DNA from: Candidatus Eiseniibacteriota bacterium
Lineage (GTDB): Bacteria > Eisenbacteria > RBG-16-71-46
DNA: 64,000 nt
Direction: 5' to 3'
Assembly (NCBI GenBank): GCA_963717505.1
Contig: OY970342.1
Coordinates: 4,098,541-4,162,540, forward strand
In this document: one piece after another, positions 1 through 8,859 of the stretch
Layout: the number at the start of each line of letters is the position of its first letter
Position numbering within the stretch: position 1 is the stretch's first letter
Translations under genes and position numbers: made by a program
Notes under the pieces: model-generated
What the model saw: the letters and a program-made list of their open reading frames with translations, nothing else
What the model was told of the DNA's origin: nothing
Databases searched by the model: none

Positions 1-2454
1 CGTTGGCAGGTCGCTCGAGCCCGGGTAGGGCGTGCCCAGGTAGTCGTACTCGGCGAAGTCGTAGCTCTTGGGCCTGGCGAGCGACTTGAACTCGTAGTAG
101 TCGCCCGACGAGATCAGCGGCTGGACATAGGTCTGCAGGCTGACGTTGGGCGTGAAGGCCCAGTTGAGCCGGATGTTGGCGACCAGCGTCTTCTGGTCCA
201 GCTCGGCGAAGACGTAGCGCCGGCCGTAGGTGCCGCTGGCCCCGGGGTCGTCGAACTGGTCGACGTACTGCACGTCCTGGATCACCCGCTCGAATCCCGG
301 CCCCACGCGCAGCGTGACGTTCGAGACCGGCTTCCACTCGATGCCGGGGAAGACGTTCCACTCGTACGACTGGTTCTCGGGCTGCGAGTAGGTGTAGCCC
401 TCGATGAAGTAGAAGAGCTTCGCCTTGCCGTCGGTGTCGTAGTAGGTGTAGGTCTCGAAGCCGGGCTTGTTGAGGGTCAAGGGGCCGCCACGCGTGCGCC
501 GGTTGTTGGTCGTGCCCGGGTTGTAGGCGAACTTGTACTCGAGCGAATGGTTGTTGGCGAACTCGGTGAAGCCGCCGCCCCACACGCCCCCCCAGACCAC
601 GTTGCCCTGAAAGTCGGCGCTGCTGAAGACCGCGCCGATGATGTCCTGGTACTTCGTCACTTTGTTGGTCTCGGTCCACTTGTAGCCGCCGCCGGCGTGG
701 CCGTTGACGACGTCGGCGCGTGACATGAAGCCCATGTCGTTGACGTCGAACTTGGGGGTCATGAAGCCGAGCGCCGCGTTGCCGAACACGTTCCCTTTTT
801 GCTTGTTCAGCCACAGCCGCGTGCCGTAGCCGGTGAGCGAGGTCGCGCCCGGCTCCATGCGGTACCAGTCGTTGTCCGGTGCGTCGGGACGCTGCAGGTA
901 GTGCTGCGAGTTCTGCTGCAACCCGGTGATGCGCTCCTCGGTGCCGGTCACGTGGGACAGCGCGGACCAGCCGGAGATTACCCACTGCTGGTCTTTGTCG
1001 AGGAAGAACCAGCCGTCGAGACCGGTCATGAACGACTGGCCGTTGAGCTCGGACTCCAGGCGCGCCGCGTCGCCGTCGAAGTTGCGCACCGCCGCACTCG
1101 CCATCAGGCCCAGCCCCTGCTGGCGGTTCTTGAACTCCTTCTGCGTGCGCAGCACGCCGTAGTAGGCGAGCGGCTCGACCACGGCCTCCGAGCTGAGGCC
1201 GCTGCTGTAGAGATCCGCAGTCTCCTCCGCCGTCACCGCGTGCAGCGTGCCGAAGTTCCAGGACGGAGCGACCTTGCCGATCAGCTTGCCGGCGCCGAGG
1301 ATGCTGGTCCCCACCGGGACGTCGGAGTACTCGGCGTCGGGGACGCTGCCCTGGACGCCGCGGCCGATGCGGCGGCTGTAGAAGAACGTCGGCTCCGGCC
1401 AATTGAACCCCCAGTAGCTGTCGGCGCCCTCGTTGCCGAAGCGGAAGACCGACGAGCCTTCGACGAAGAACGGCCGCTTCTCCTGGAAGAACGTCTCGAC
1501 GTCGCTGAGGTTGACCACCGCGGGGTCGACCTCGACCTGACCGAAGTCCGGGTTGACCGTGGCGTTGAGCGTGAGCCGGCTGCCGACCGCCATGCGCAGA
1601 TCGAGGCCGCCGTCAGGGATGTAGCGCGAACCGTCGTTGAAAGGGTCGCCGGCGTCGGTCTGCAGGTACTCGGCCTTCTGCGTGAAGTACGGGATGAGCT
1701 CGATCGAGCGTCCAGGCGAGACGCGCTCGATCCCCACCAGGTCGGGGAAGCGCGAGACGAAGCCGGCCTCCTTCTTGGGCTGGTAGACGAGGAAGTCCTC
1801 TTCCGTGTGGCGCTCGATCCGGCGCCGGAAGTTCACACCCCAGCGGTACGAGTCAGCCTTCGAGAAACGGAGCTGCGAGTACGGGATCCGCATCTCCACG
1901 GTCCAACCCTGGTCGTCGACCTTGGCCTTCGCATCCCACACACCGTCCCACGACGCGTCCTCGGCGCCGTCGTTGGACAGCGTGCCGTCGAACAGCGTGC
2001 CGGCGCAGTTGACGAGGAAGTAGTAGCCGCTGCGCCGGTCGTAATAGGGGTCGAGGTAGATCGAGAAGCGGTCGGCCGGGATCGAGACGTCGCGACGCGT
2101 GAGCCGCACCAGCAGCGATTCGGGGGCCGTGTCGTAGCAGCGAGCACCCACGTAGAGCGCATCATCGTCATAGGCGAGGCGGACCTCGGTCTTCTGGCTC
2201 GGCGTGCCTCCCTCGTGGGGGTCGCGCTGCTTGAACTCGGTGACGGCATTTCCGTTCTGCCAGACCGGCTCGTTGAGCTGGCCGTCGACCGAGACCGCCT
2301 CGGACAGACGCACGGCGACGACCGGCGGGTGGCTGTTGCGCGAGGCGCCGTTGCCATTCGGCGGGGTTGCGATCTTGGTGCCGAGCGAGTCGGCCGCGTA
2401 CGCGGCGCCGCACAGGACCAGCATCGCAGCGAAGGTGAGGAGGGGAAGCTTCAT
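1..2454 (-). CDS. DUF5916 / CBM9-like (DOMON) secreted or outer-membrane protein, 3' end outside window
   Basis: Hand translation from ATG 2454 (SD AGGTGG): signal peptide MKLPLLTFAAMLVLCGAAYA, then VDGQLNEPVW, TEVRLAYDDDALYV, GWTVEMRIPYSQLRF, TVNPDFGQVEVD, FFQEKRPFFVEG, FFYSRRIG. Absent from the ORF track because it runs off the edge. Confidence 0.88.
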   Translation of the reverse strand, partial: MKLPLLTFAAMLVLCGAAYAADSLGTKIATPPNGNGASRNSHPPVVAVRLSEAVSVDGQLNEPVWQNGNAVTEFKQRDPHEGGTPSQKTEVRLAYDDDALYVGARCYDTAPESLLVRLTRRDVSIPADRFSIYLDPYYDRRSGYYFLVNCAGTLFDGTLSNDGAEDASWDGVWDAKAKVDDQGWTVEMRIPYSQLRFSKADSYRWGVNFRRRIERHTEEDFLVYQPKKEAGFVSRFPDLVGIERVSPGRSIELIPYFTQKAEYLQTDAGDPFNDGSRYIPDGGLDLRMAVGSRLTLNATVNPDFGQVEVDPAVVNLSDVETFFQEKRPFFVEGSSVFRFGNEGADSYWGFNWPEPTFFYSRRIGRGVQGSVPDAEYSDVPVGTSILGAGKLIGKVAPSWNFGTLHAVTAEETADLYSSGLSSEAVVEPLAYYGVLRTQKEFKNRQQGLGLMASAAVRNFDGDAARLESELNGQSFMTGLDGWFFLDKDQQWVISGWSALSHVTGTEERITGLQQNSQHYLQRPDAPDNDWYRMEPGATSLTGYGTRLWLNKQKGNVFGNAALGFMTPKFDVNDMGFMSRADVVNGHAGGGYKWTETNKVTKYQDIIGAVFSSADFQGNVVWGGVWGGGFTEFANNHSLEYKFAYNPGTTNNRRTRGGPLTLNKPGFETYTYYDTDGKAKLFYFIEGYTYSQPENQSYEWNVFPGIEWKPVSNVTLRVGPGFERVIQDVQYVDQFDDPGASGTYGRRYVFAELDQKTLVANIRLNWAFTPNVSLQTYVQPLISSGDYYEFKSLARPKSYDFAEYDYLGTPYPGSSDLPT

Positions 2455-2496
2455 CGTCGTCCACCTGGGTAGGTCGGCGCAGGGTTGACGCCCCTT

Positions 2497-2523
2497 GGAC
2501 GGGAGCAACCCGGAAAAGGTTGG
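2497..2523 (-). promoter_or_regulatory. Putative ECF-sigma promoter (CCAACC-N16-CGTCC) for the DUF5916 gene
   Basis: Same motif and 16-nt spacer recur upstream of three other genes (9552, 37159, 56194). Confidence 0.5.
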
Positions 2524-2589
2524 CTCCGCATCCGGGGCCGGGGCCCACCGCGGTGGGGCACTGTGGAGATCGGCGAGGCGACGGTGCGG

Positions 2590-3189
2590 TCAGGAGCGAC
2601 GAACGGGGGGATTCGAACGACGAGTGACGCCGGCCGGGGGACCTTTCGCAGTCTCGAGGCTTTCCTCGACCACGCGCCGCGAGTTCCTGGTCAATCTCCG
2701 GATCACCTGTTCGTGTCGCGGGAAGCGAGCCAAGAGCTCGTCACGTGAAGGCAACTCGAAGTCCGCGAATTCGAACCCCGGTGTCACCGTGCATCCGCAA
2801 AGTGCGAAGCGGGGGCCTCGCGCAATCGCCGCCTGATACGTGTCGGCCGGCACCACGATCTGTGGACGCTCGCCCTGCTCGATTTCGGGGCCGAGGATGG
2901 CAACTCGGTGATCTCCCTCGGGCACGATCATGTGGATCTCGACCGGATCTCCGCCGTAGTGATGCCACAGTTCGTCCGATTCGCGAATCCTATGAAACGC
3001 GGAGAACTCGCCGGCGGGCAGGAGAAAGTAGATAGCCGTCGACGCGGCTCGACTCGTTCCGTCCGGACCCGGGGCCAGCCGTCGCGATGATCGAAATGTC
3101 TCGCGGAAGAAGCCTCCCTCGGGGTGAGGCTTCAACTTCAGTGCCTCGACCATACGCTTCACACCGGCGTTTCCTGCCGGATCAGCCAT
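2590..3189 (-). CDS. Cupin_5 / DUF985 family protein
   Basis: LKPHPEGGFFRETFRS, STAIYFLL, FSAFHRI-SDELWHHYGG, CTVTPGFEFADFEL. Confidence 0.9.
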   Translation of the reverse strand: MADPAGNAGVKRMVEALKLKPHPEGGFFRETFRSSRRLAPGPDGTSRAASTAIYFLLPAGEFSAFHRIRESDELWHHYGGDPVEIHMIVPEGDHRVAILGPEIEQGERPQIVVPADTYQAAIARGPRFALCGCTVTPGFEFADFELPSRDELLARFPRHEQVIRRLTRNSRRVVEESLETAKGPPAGVTRRSNPPVRRS

Positions 3190-3225
3190 CCCTCACACCT
3201 CGTCATTCCAACTCGCGTGATAACA

Positions 3226-3245
3226 AACTGTCCGTACGGACAGTT
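3226..3245. promoter_or_regulatory. Perfect 20-bp palindrome (operator-like) between divergent genes
   Basis: AACTGTCCGTACGGACAGTT is its own reverse complement. Confidence 0.55.
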
Positions 3246-3323
3246 CCATTAGGCGACCCTAACACGACTCGCTCTGGAGCGAGTCGCCTGAGGCAAGCGA
3301 ATGCACGATGCTCACGGTTCAGT

Positions 3324-3827
3324 ATGACCATTGATCCTCAGCACACTGGCCGCCTGGTCGCCGAGTTGTTCCTGGCACATTCTCCGGGGTTGTTCGCCGA
3401 GCTCGAGCGATCCTCGCTCTGGCGTTCGGCCGCGGTCGGTGGTCGTGCAACTGCCGAGCGCGAGTGGGAGGCATTCGCGCTCTACGCCTGCGTGCGCGGA
3501 CTGGTCGCCGGCGCCGGGTTCAATCGCGAGACCGCGGACGCGCTCGACGCGATGCACGAGGCCGTGCTCGATCACTGGCGACGTGAGCCCTCCGGCGACA
3601 ATACCGACGAACGATTCGCGCGCATCGCCGAACGGCACGCCGAGTACGGCGCCATCGGCCAGGCCGGTGGCAAGTCCGGGGCGGCGACCGTCATCGCACG
3701 GCTGGGCGAGGCCGCCGCCCGCCACATGACCGGCGGGGTCGCAGGGCCGGAGCTGGCCGGGCTGATCGGGGACCTCCACGAAACCCTGGCCGAGAGCGTC
3801 GCCGAAAAAGCCCGCGAAGCTTCCTAG
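3324..3827 (+). CDS. Hypothetical all-helical protein
   Basis: In-frame ATG at 3324 within ORF 3087..3827; GC3-rich codon pattern from there; no recognisable motif. Confidence 0.65.
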   Translation: MTIDPQHTGRLVAELFLAHSPGLFAELERSSLWRSAAVGGRATAEREWEAFALYACVRGLVAGAGFNRETADALDAMHEAVLDHWRREPSGDNTDERFARIAERHAEYGAIGQAGGKSGAATVIARLGEAAARHMTGGVAGPELAGLIGDLHETLAESVAEKAREAS

Positions 3828-4682
3828 GTGTGACGTCTAAGCACGCGCGGCCTCGGGACGGCAGTTTTGGCCGAGTCCAGCTGACGGACTGCAAGGTCGC
3901 ATTCTTCATCGCGCCTCTGGTTGCGACTCGCTTTGCACCGTGCGTGTGAAGGATGTAGCGTCTCCGTCCCCAATAACCTGAAAGGAGCTTCTCATGCGCA
4001 AGCTCGGTCCCAATTCGTCGAACCTGCTGATCCCGTGCGCGCTTTTCGGAACGTTGCTGATGCTCGGAGCGTGCCAGAGCAAAGAGCCTGCTCCGCAACC
4101 GGCTGCGTCGGTCGCGCCGACCCACGCCACGATCTCGAACGAATTCTCCGCTACGGCCGCGGTCGTCGCGGTAGATGCCAAGACGCGGGTCGTGACGCTC
4201 CGCCACGAGGACGGTAGCCTGACGCAGGTCAAGTGCGGCGATGCCGTGCAAAACTTCGCTCAGATCGCGGCTGGCGACACGCTGCACATCCGATACACGG
4301 AAACGCTGGAAGCGACGCTGCGCCCCGCGGGCGAGACCGCGGAGCCGGCCACAGCCGCGGGGGCCGTGGTCAGCGGCGAGCCCGGCGCGTCGCCCGCCGG
4401 AGGCGTGGGAGCCACGATCAGCGTGCGCGTCAAGATCGAGTCGCTCGACCTCGAGCGCGACATCGTGGTCTTCTCCCTCGCGTCCGGCGAGCTCTCCGCA
4501 CGTCGCGTCGTCACGTCGGAGGGTCGTGATTTCGTGAAGGGCCTGAAGATCGGGGACACGGTGCAACTCGACTACACCGAGGTGCTCGCGCTGGCGATCG
4601 AAAAGGTGTAGCGCAGAGCGGGCTCGGCCCCGGCTCCGCGAACGCGAGCGCGGCGACAACCCCTGGCCGAGAGCGTCGCCGA
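3784..4682 (+). repeat. 22-bp exact direct repeat (3784-3805 and 4661-4682) flanking a lipoprotein gene
   Basis: CCCTGGCCGAGAGCGTCGCCGA is present at both positions. Confidence 0.85.
3994..4611 (+). CDS. Lipoprotein with two OB-fold-like repeats, function unknown
   Basis: SD AAGGAG, lipobox LGAC, two similar halves (AVVAVDAKTRVVTL..IAAGDTLHIRYTE / KIESLDLERDIVVF..LKIGDTVQLDYTE). Confidence 0.75.
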   Translation: MRKLGPNSSNLLIPCALFGTLLMLGACQSKEPAPQPAASVAPTHATISNEFSATAAVVAVDAKTRVVTLRHEDGSLTQVKCGDAVQNFAQIAAGDTLHIRYTETLEATLRPAGETAEPATAAGAVVSGEPGASPAGGVGATISVRVKIESLDLERDIVVFSLASGELSARRVVTSEGRDFVKGLKIGDTVQLDYTEVLALAIEKV

Positions 4683-4715
4683 CGCGGTTCGCGGGGGTCC
4701 TGCAGGGCATCGAGT

Positions 4716-6002
4716 GTGGGAGTGATGCGTGACGGCGCCTCTGCCGATCTACAACTCATGCTTGAGGATGCCATCGAGGTTACTCGAGGTGGGTCAGAGC
4801 AAGTCCCCGCCCTGATCTTCGGCGCGCATATTGCGGCGCTCGGGGTCCTCCGGGTTCTCTCTACCCGGGGGATCCCGTGCTACGTCGTGGACGAGACGTC
4901 CAACATCATCACGGGATCTCGCTGGTACCGGCCCGCGGAGCGGAAGCTGGCAGAGACGTACGACAGCGGCGTTCTTGCCGAGTACCTCCAGTCCCTACGC
5001 CTGCCGCGCGCCGTTCTCATCCCCTGCAGCGACAACTGGTCGCTGGCGGTGTCCGGTCTTCCGGCGGCGATGCGCGAGCGATTCCTGACCAGCATTCCCC
5101 CGCACGAGACGGTCCAGACGTTCGTCGACAAGGACCGATTCAGAGCTCTCGTCGAACGGCTCGATATCCCACGTCCACGTTCCATTCCCCTCCGTGGCCC
5201 CGAGGACCTCGAGCACTTTACCGACGACCAGCTCAGGAATGCCTTCTTCAAGCCGACCGAGCCGCAGCTCCATCAGGCGCACTTCGGGACAAAGGGATCT
5301 TTCGTGGAATCGCGTCAGGCTGCGGAACGCCTCATGAGGGTGGCGAGCGCGGCAGGGATCTCGTTTCTCGTGCAGGAGTGGATCGCGGGGAACATGGCGG
5401 CGACTGTCCTGGTCGAGGGGTTCGTGGACCACAATGGGAGGATCGTGGGTATGGTGGCGCGACGCCGCCTCCGCGTGGCTCCGCCGATGATCGGCAACAC
5501 CGTCTCGTCTGTGACGATCCCGCTCTCCGAGGTCGAGGGCGCCCTTCCCGGTCTCCGTCGCCTCCTGGCCGAGACCCGCTATCGTGGCGGCTTCAACGTC
5601 GAGTTCAAGTTCGACGTGCGCGATGGGGCGTTCAAGATCCTCGAACTGAACGCGCGACCGGCTTGGTACGTCGCGACCATAGCGAGCGCCGGTCTGGACA
5701 TCCCCTGGTCGATCTACCTCGATGCCCAGGGGCTCCCCGTCGAGTCTCCGGCGGTGTACCGCGCGGGGCGCTACGGCCTCTACGAGTTTCGGGACGCTGT
5801 CGCGCTGATGAGGTACGTGAAGGCGCTCCGCCTTCCCGAGGGAGCGGTTCTTGGACCGTGGATCTGGGGAGACCACACCGTGTTCTGGTGGAGCGATCCC
5901 ATGCCGGCGCTCAAGGGGATGTGGCAGATCCTCGAGCGCCGTTTGGGCCCCGCGCTCGGCAGACCCCAGCGTCCGGGCAGCGAAGGCAACGGGGTTATTT
6001 GA
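4716..6002 (+). CDS. ATP-grasp carboxylate-amine ligase (D-aspartate ligase-like, COG3919)
   Basis: VLIPCSD, DKDRF, FFKP, LVQEWIAG, NVEFKFDVRDG-FKILELNAR; start uncertain (4716/4725/4758). Confidence 0.8.
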   Translation: MGVMRDGASADLQLMLEDAIEVTRGGSEQVPALIFGAHIAALGVLRVLSTRGIPCYVVDETSNIITGSRWYRPAERKLAETYDSGVLAEYLQSLRLPRAVLIPCSDNWSLAVSGLPAAMRERFLTSIPPHETVQTFVDKDRFRALVERLDIPRPRSIPLRGPEDLEHFTDDQLRNAFFKPTEPQLHQAHFGTKGSFVESRQAAERLMRVASAAGISFLVQEWIAGNMAATVLVEGFVDHNGRIVGMVARRRLRVAPPMIGNTVSSVTIPLSEVEGALPGLRRLLAETRYRGGFNVEFKFDVRDGAFKILELNARPAWYVATIASAGLDIPWSIYLDAQGLPVESPAVYRAGRYGLYEFRDAVALMRYVKALRLPEGAVLGPWIWGDHTVFWWSDPMPALKGMWQILERRLGPALGRPQRPGSEGNGVI

Positions 6003-6993
6003 CGGCGATCGGGTTCACCGGCGACCCGACGGCGCCGGTGATGACCAGAGGTGCCGCGGTCAGCAGGAACTCGTAACGCTTGTCCTGCGCGCAGTCGTCG
6101 GCCAGGGCCTCGAGGTCGAAGATCTCGCCGATCATGAGACCGGTGTGCACGAGCAGGATGATGTGCAGCGGCTGAAAGACGTCGGCCGTCTCGTTCGGCA
6201 GGACTTCCATGCCCCAGGTGTCGGTGGCCACGGCCGCCAACTCGCGATCGTAGACCCACGGACAGGTGTCGAGCGCGAGCCCCGGCGCCGAACCGGCGGC
6301 GTAAGTGCCCCAACTGCCGGCCTTGCGACACTGCGCCATCTGGCCGGTTCGGATGAGCACCAGATCGCCGCGCCCCACGGTCACGCCCTGGGATCGCTCG
6401 CACGCCTCGAGATCCTCGGCGTGAATCGCCTCGCCCGGCTCGAGCCAGGGCTTGCCCTTGCTGCGCGGGAGGTCGAGCAGCACGCCGCGGCCCATCACCC
6501 GATCGCGCGTCTTGGCGATGTCGTTCTTGATCGCCCCTTTGCTCCCGACGACCGTCGCGTCGTAGCCGTTGTAGATCTTGCCCTCGAAGACGATGTGCGC
6601 GAGCGCATCCCACTGGGTCCCGGACTGCAGTGGCAGGATCAGGATGTCGTCTGTTCCGCGAATCCACCGGTCCCGTCCGCCGTAGAAGTCGCGCACCGTC
6701 GTTCCCGTCACCGCGCCGTTCCCGTCGCGGATCATGAGGTGGATCGGGTTGAAGCGTCCGAACCCACCCGTCTGGGGACCGGTGTCGTCGACCGGGATCG
6801 ACAACGAGAAGGCGCGTCCCGTGCGAACGAGCTTCGTGGCCGCGACGATGTCGCTAGGCTTGATGTGGTTCAGCGTGCCCAGCTCATCGTCCGGCCCCCA
6901 ACGGCCCCAGTTGGAGCACCGCTTGCTGAGTTCCCGAACCGTCTCCACGTTCGGGTTCTCCGGGATTTGGACCCGCCCCGCGGCCCCGCTCAT
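5995..6993 (-). CDS. Cyclase-family metal-dependent amidohydrolase (kynurenine formamidase-like)
   Basis: NWGRWGPDDELGTLN, QSGTQWDALAH, GRGVLLD, GDLVLIRTG, GEIFDLEALA, GAVGSPVNPIA. Confidence 0.9.
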   Translation of the reverse strand: MSGAAGRVQIPENPNVETVRELSKRCSNWGRWGPDDELGTLNHIKPSDIVAATKLVRTGRAFSLSIPVDDTGPQTGGFGRFNPIHLMIRDGNGAVTGTTVRDFYGGRDRWIRGTDDILILPLQSGTQWDALAHIVFEGKIYNGYDATVVGSKGAIKNDIAKTRDRVMGRGVLLDLPRSKGKPWLEPGEAIHAEDLEACERSQGVTVGRGDLVLIRTGQMAQCRKAGSWGTYAAGSAPGLALDTCPWVYDRELAAVATDTWGMEVLPNETADVFQPLHIILLVHTGLMIGEIFDLEALADDCAQDKRYEFLLTAAPLVITGAVGSPVNPIAVK

Positions 6994-8687
6994 AGCTCAC
7001 GCTCCCGCACCCGGTCGTAGCGCGTCACCGGTCCGATCGCCTCGCGATCGATGACCGCGTCGATTATCGTCGGCGCGTTTCGCTGCAAGCCCTCCGCGAG
7101 CGCTTTCCGGAAGTCCGGGCCATTGTTCACCCGGAACCCCTTGGCGCCGAACGCCCGGGCGATGCTGCCGTAGTCGATGTCGCGGAAATCATTGACCTCA
7201 TTGACGACGTGGCCGTAGAGCAGATTCTGAACATGGGCTTCGAAGCCCAGTGTCTGGTTGTTGATGATCACGCAGACGACGGGGAGATTGAAGCGAAGCG
7301 CGCTCTCGATTTCGGCGAGGTGGTAGCCGAAGCCCCCGTCTCCGGTGACGCAGATCACCGGTCGGTCGGGGAACGCGAGTTGCGCGCCGAGTGAGGCGGG
7401 GAACGCCCACCCGAGCGAGCCATCGGCCCGCAGAAAGTTCCGGCCTGCGACCTTCATGTCGGCGAGCGCACCGCCCCAGGCTGCCGAATAGCCCGTGTCC
7501 GCGAGCAGGATCGTCTCAGGGGTCATTCGCTCGTTGATCTCGGCCATGACCGCTTCCTGTCGCATCTTGGTGCCTTTGGTGCCGTCGTGAGACGCCAGTT
7601 CCGCCCGCTTTGCACGCCATGCCGTGCGCTCTTCGGCCAGCTTCTCGAGGTAGGCCGACGATCCGGCGGACTTGCCTATCTTCAGGTGGTCGCAGGTCTT
7701 CAGGACTGCTTCCAGGAACGCGCGAGCATCGGCGACGAGCCCGAGCTCGGTCGGGAAGTTCAAGCCGATCACTTCCGCGTCGAGCGTGACGTGAATGAGC
7801 TTCGCATTCGGGGTGACCAGCCGGTACGAATCCGTAACGAGGCCACCGAGCTGGGTGCCGATCGCCAGGACGACGTCCGCGTTCTTGACGGCGGCGTTGG
7901 CGTACTTGCGCGAGTAGCGTCCGACGGTCCCCAAGCCGAGATCGTGGGTCTCCGCAATGCTTCCCTTGCCGGCGCTGCTGGTCGCCACGGGGATCCCGAG
8001 TCGTTCCGCGACCTGGCGCAGAGCATCGTAGGCCCTCGACTGGTGGATGCCGTTCCCAGCCAGGATGATCGGCCGTTCGGCCTTGGACAGCATGCGGACT
8101 ACGAGCTCGCAGTCCGACTCCGAAGGGGCGGGGCGCTGCAGCGGCAGCGAGGGCCGCTCCTTGTACGGCACGGGCTCTTTGTAGTTCGCCATCTCCTCCT
8201 CGAAGATGTCGCCCGGGATGCCGAGGTAGACCGGACCGGGGCTCCCGCTGAGAGCCCGCCGCGCGGCCTCGCGCAGGAGACGGGGCACATGCGAGGACGA
8301 CGACGCCTCGGCCCCCCACTTCGTCACCGACGCGAACAGCGGGACCTGGTCGAGCTCCTGGTACTCCCTGCGGAACCGCTCCGAGCGCCTCATGGCGGAC
8401 ACGAGCGCGATCACCGGGCTGGACGACCAGAAGGGCTCCGCGAGACTCCCCGCGACGTTCGCCGCCCCCGGTCCATAGGCCCCGTACGCGACGGCCGGCC
8501 GCCCCAGCAGCCGGGCATAGGCGTCGGCCATGTACACGGCCGCCGGCTCACTGCGAGCCAGGACGTGCTTGATCCCCACGGCCTCGAGGGCGATCCACAA
8601 GGTGTTGTCCCGGCCGGTCATGAGAAAGAAGTGCTCGATCCCGAGCGCCTTCAGCTCGAGCGCGACGGCTTGTGCTGTGGTAGCGAT
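6990..8687 (-). CDS. Thiamine-diphosphate-dependent enzyme (acetolactate synthase large-subunit-like)
   Basis: ARSEPAAVYMADAYAR (catalytic Glu), GPGAAN, GSLGWAFPASLGA, GDGGFG-X-NN motif; homology extends to an ATC at 8687, first ATG at 8621. Confidence 0.88.
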   Translation of the reverse strand: MATTAQAVALELKALGIEHFFLMTGRDNTLWIALEAVGIKHVLARSEPAAVYMADAYARLLGRPAVAYGAYGPGAANVAGSLAEPFWSSSPVIALVSAMRRSERFRREYQELDQVPLFASVTKWGAEASSSSHVPRLLREAARRALSGSPGPVYLGIPGDIFEEEMANYKEPVPYKERPSLPLQRPAPSESDCELVVRMLSKAERPIILAGNGIHQSRAYDALRQVAERLGIPVATSSAGKGSIAETHDLGLGTVGRYSRKYANAAVKNADVVLAIGTQLGGLVTDSYRLVTPNAKLIHVTLDAEVIGLNFPTELGLVADARAFLEAVLKTCDHLKIGKSAGSSAYLEKLAEERTAWRAKRAELASHDGTKGTKMRQEAVMAEINERMTPETILLADTGYSAAWGGALADMKVAGRNFLRADGSLGWAFPASLGAQLAFPDRPVICVTGDGGFGYHLAEIESALRFNLPVVCVIINNQTLGFEAHVQNLLYGHVVNEVNDFRDIDYGSIARAFGAKGFRVNNGPDFRKALAEGLQRNAPTIIDAVIDREAIGPVTRYDRVREREL

Positions 8688-8859
8688 GACGGCCCCCTAT
8701 GGAATTCTGTGGAATTCTCGGGTTGTTCTCGGGATTCATTGCGAGTGCTCACTGCATGTCCGTTAACGGCCGCGTGCGAACGCAACTTAAGCCTAGACCA
8801 CGCCTTAACAGAACCGGGGCGATTATGACCCTCTTGCAACGCCCGTGGATCGTTCGGGC

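Noticed and set aside
799-2472. 557-aa plus-strand ORF
   Set aside because: Antisense shadow of the minus-strand DUF5916 gene; no motifs.
3218-3290. Integron attC-like reading of the palindromes
   Set aside because: No proper RYYYAAC...GTTRRRY pair, no repeated sites and no integrase.
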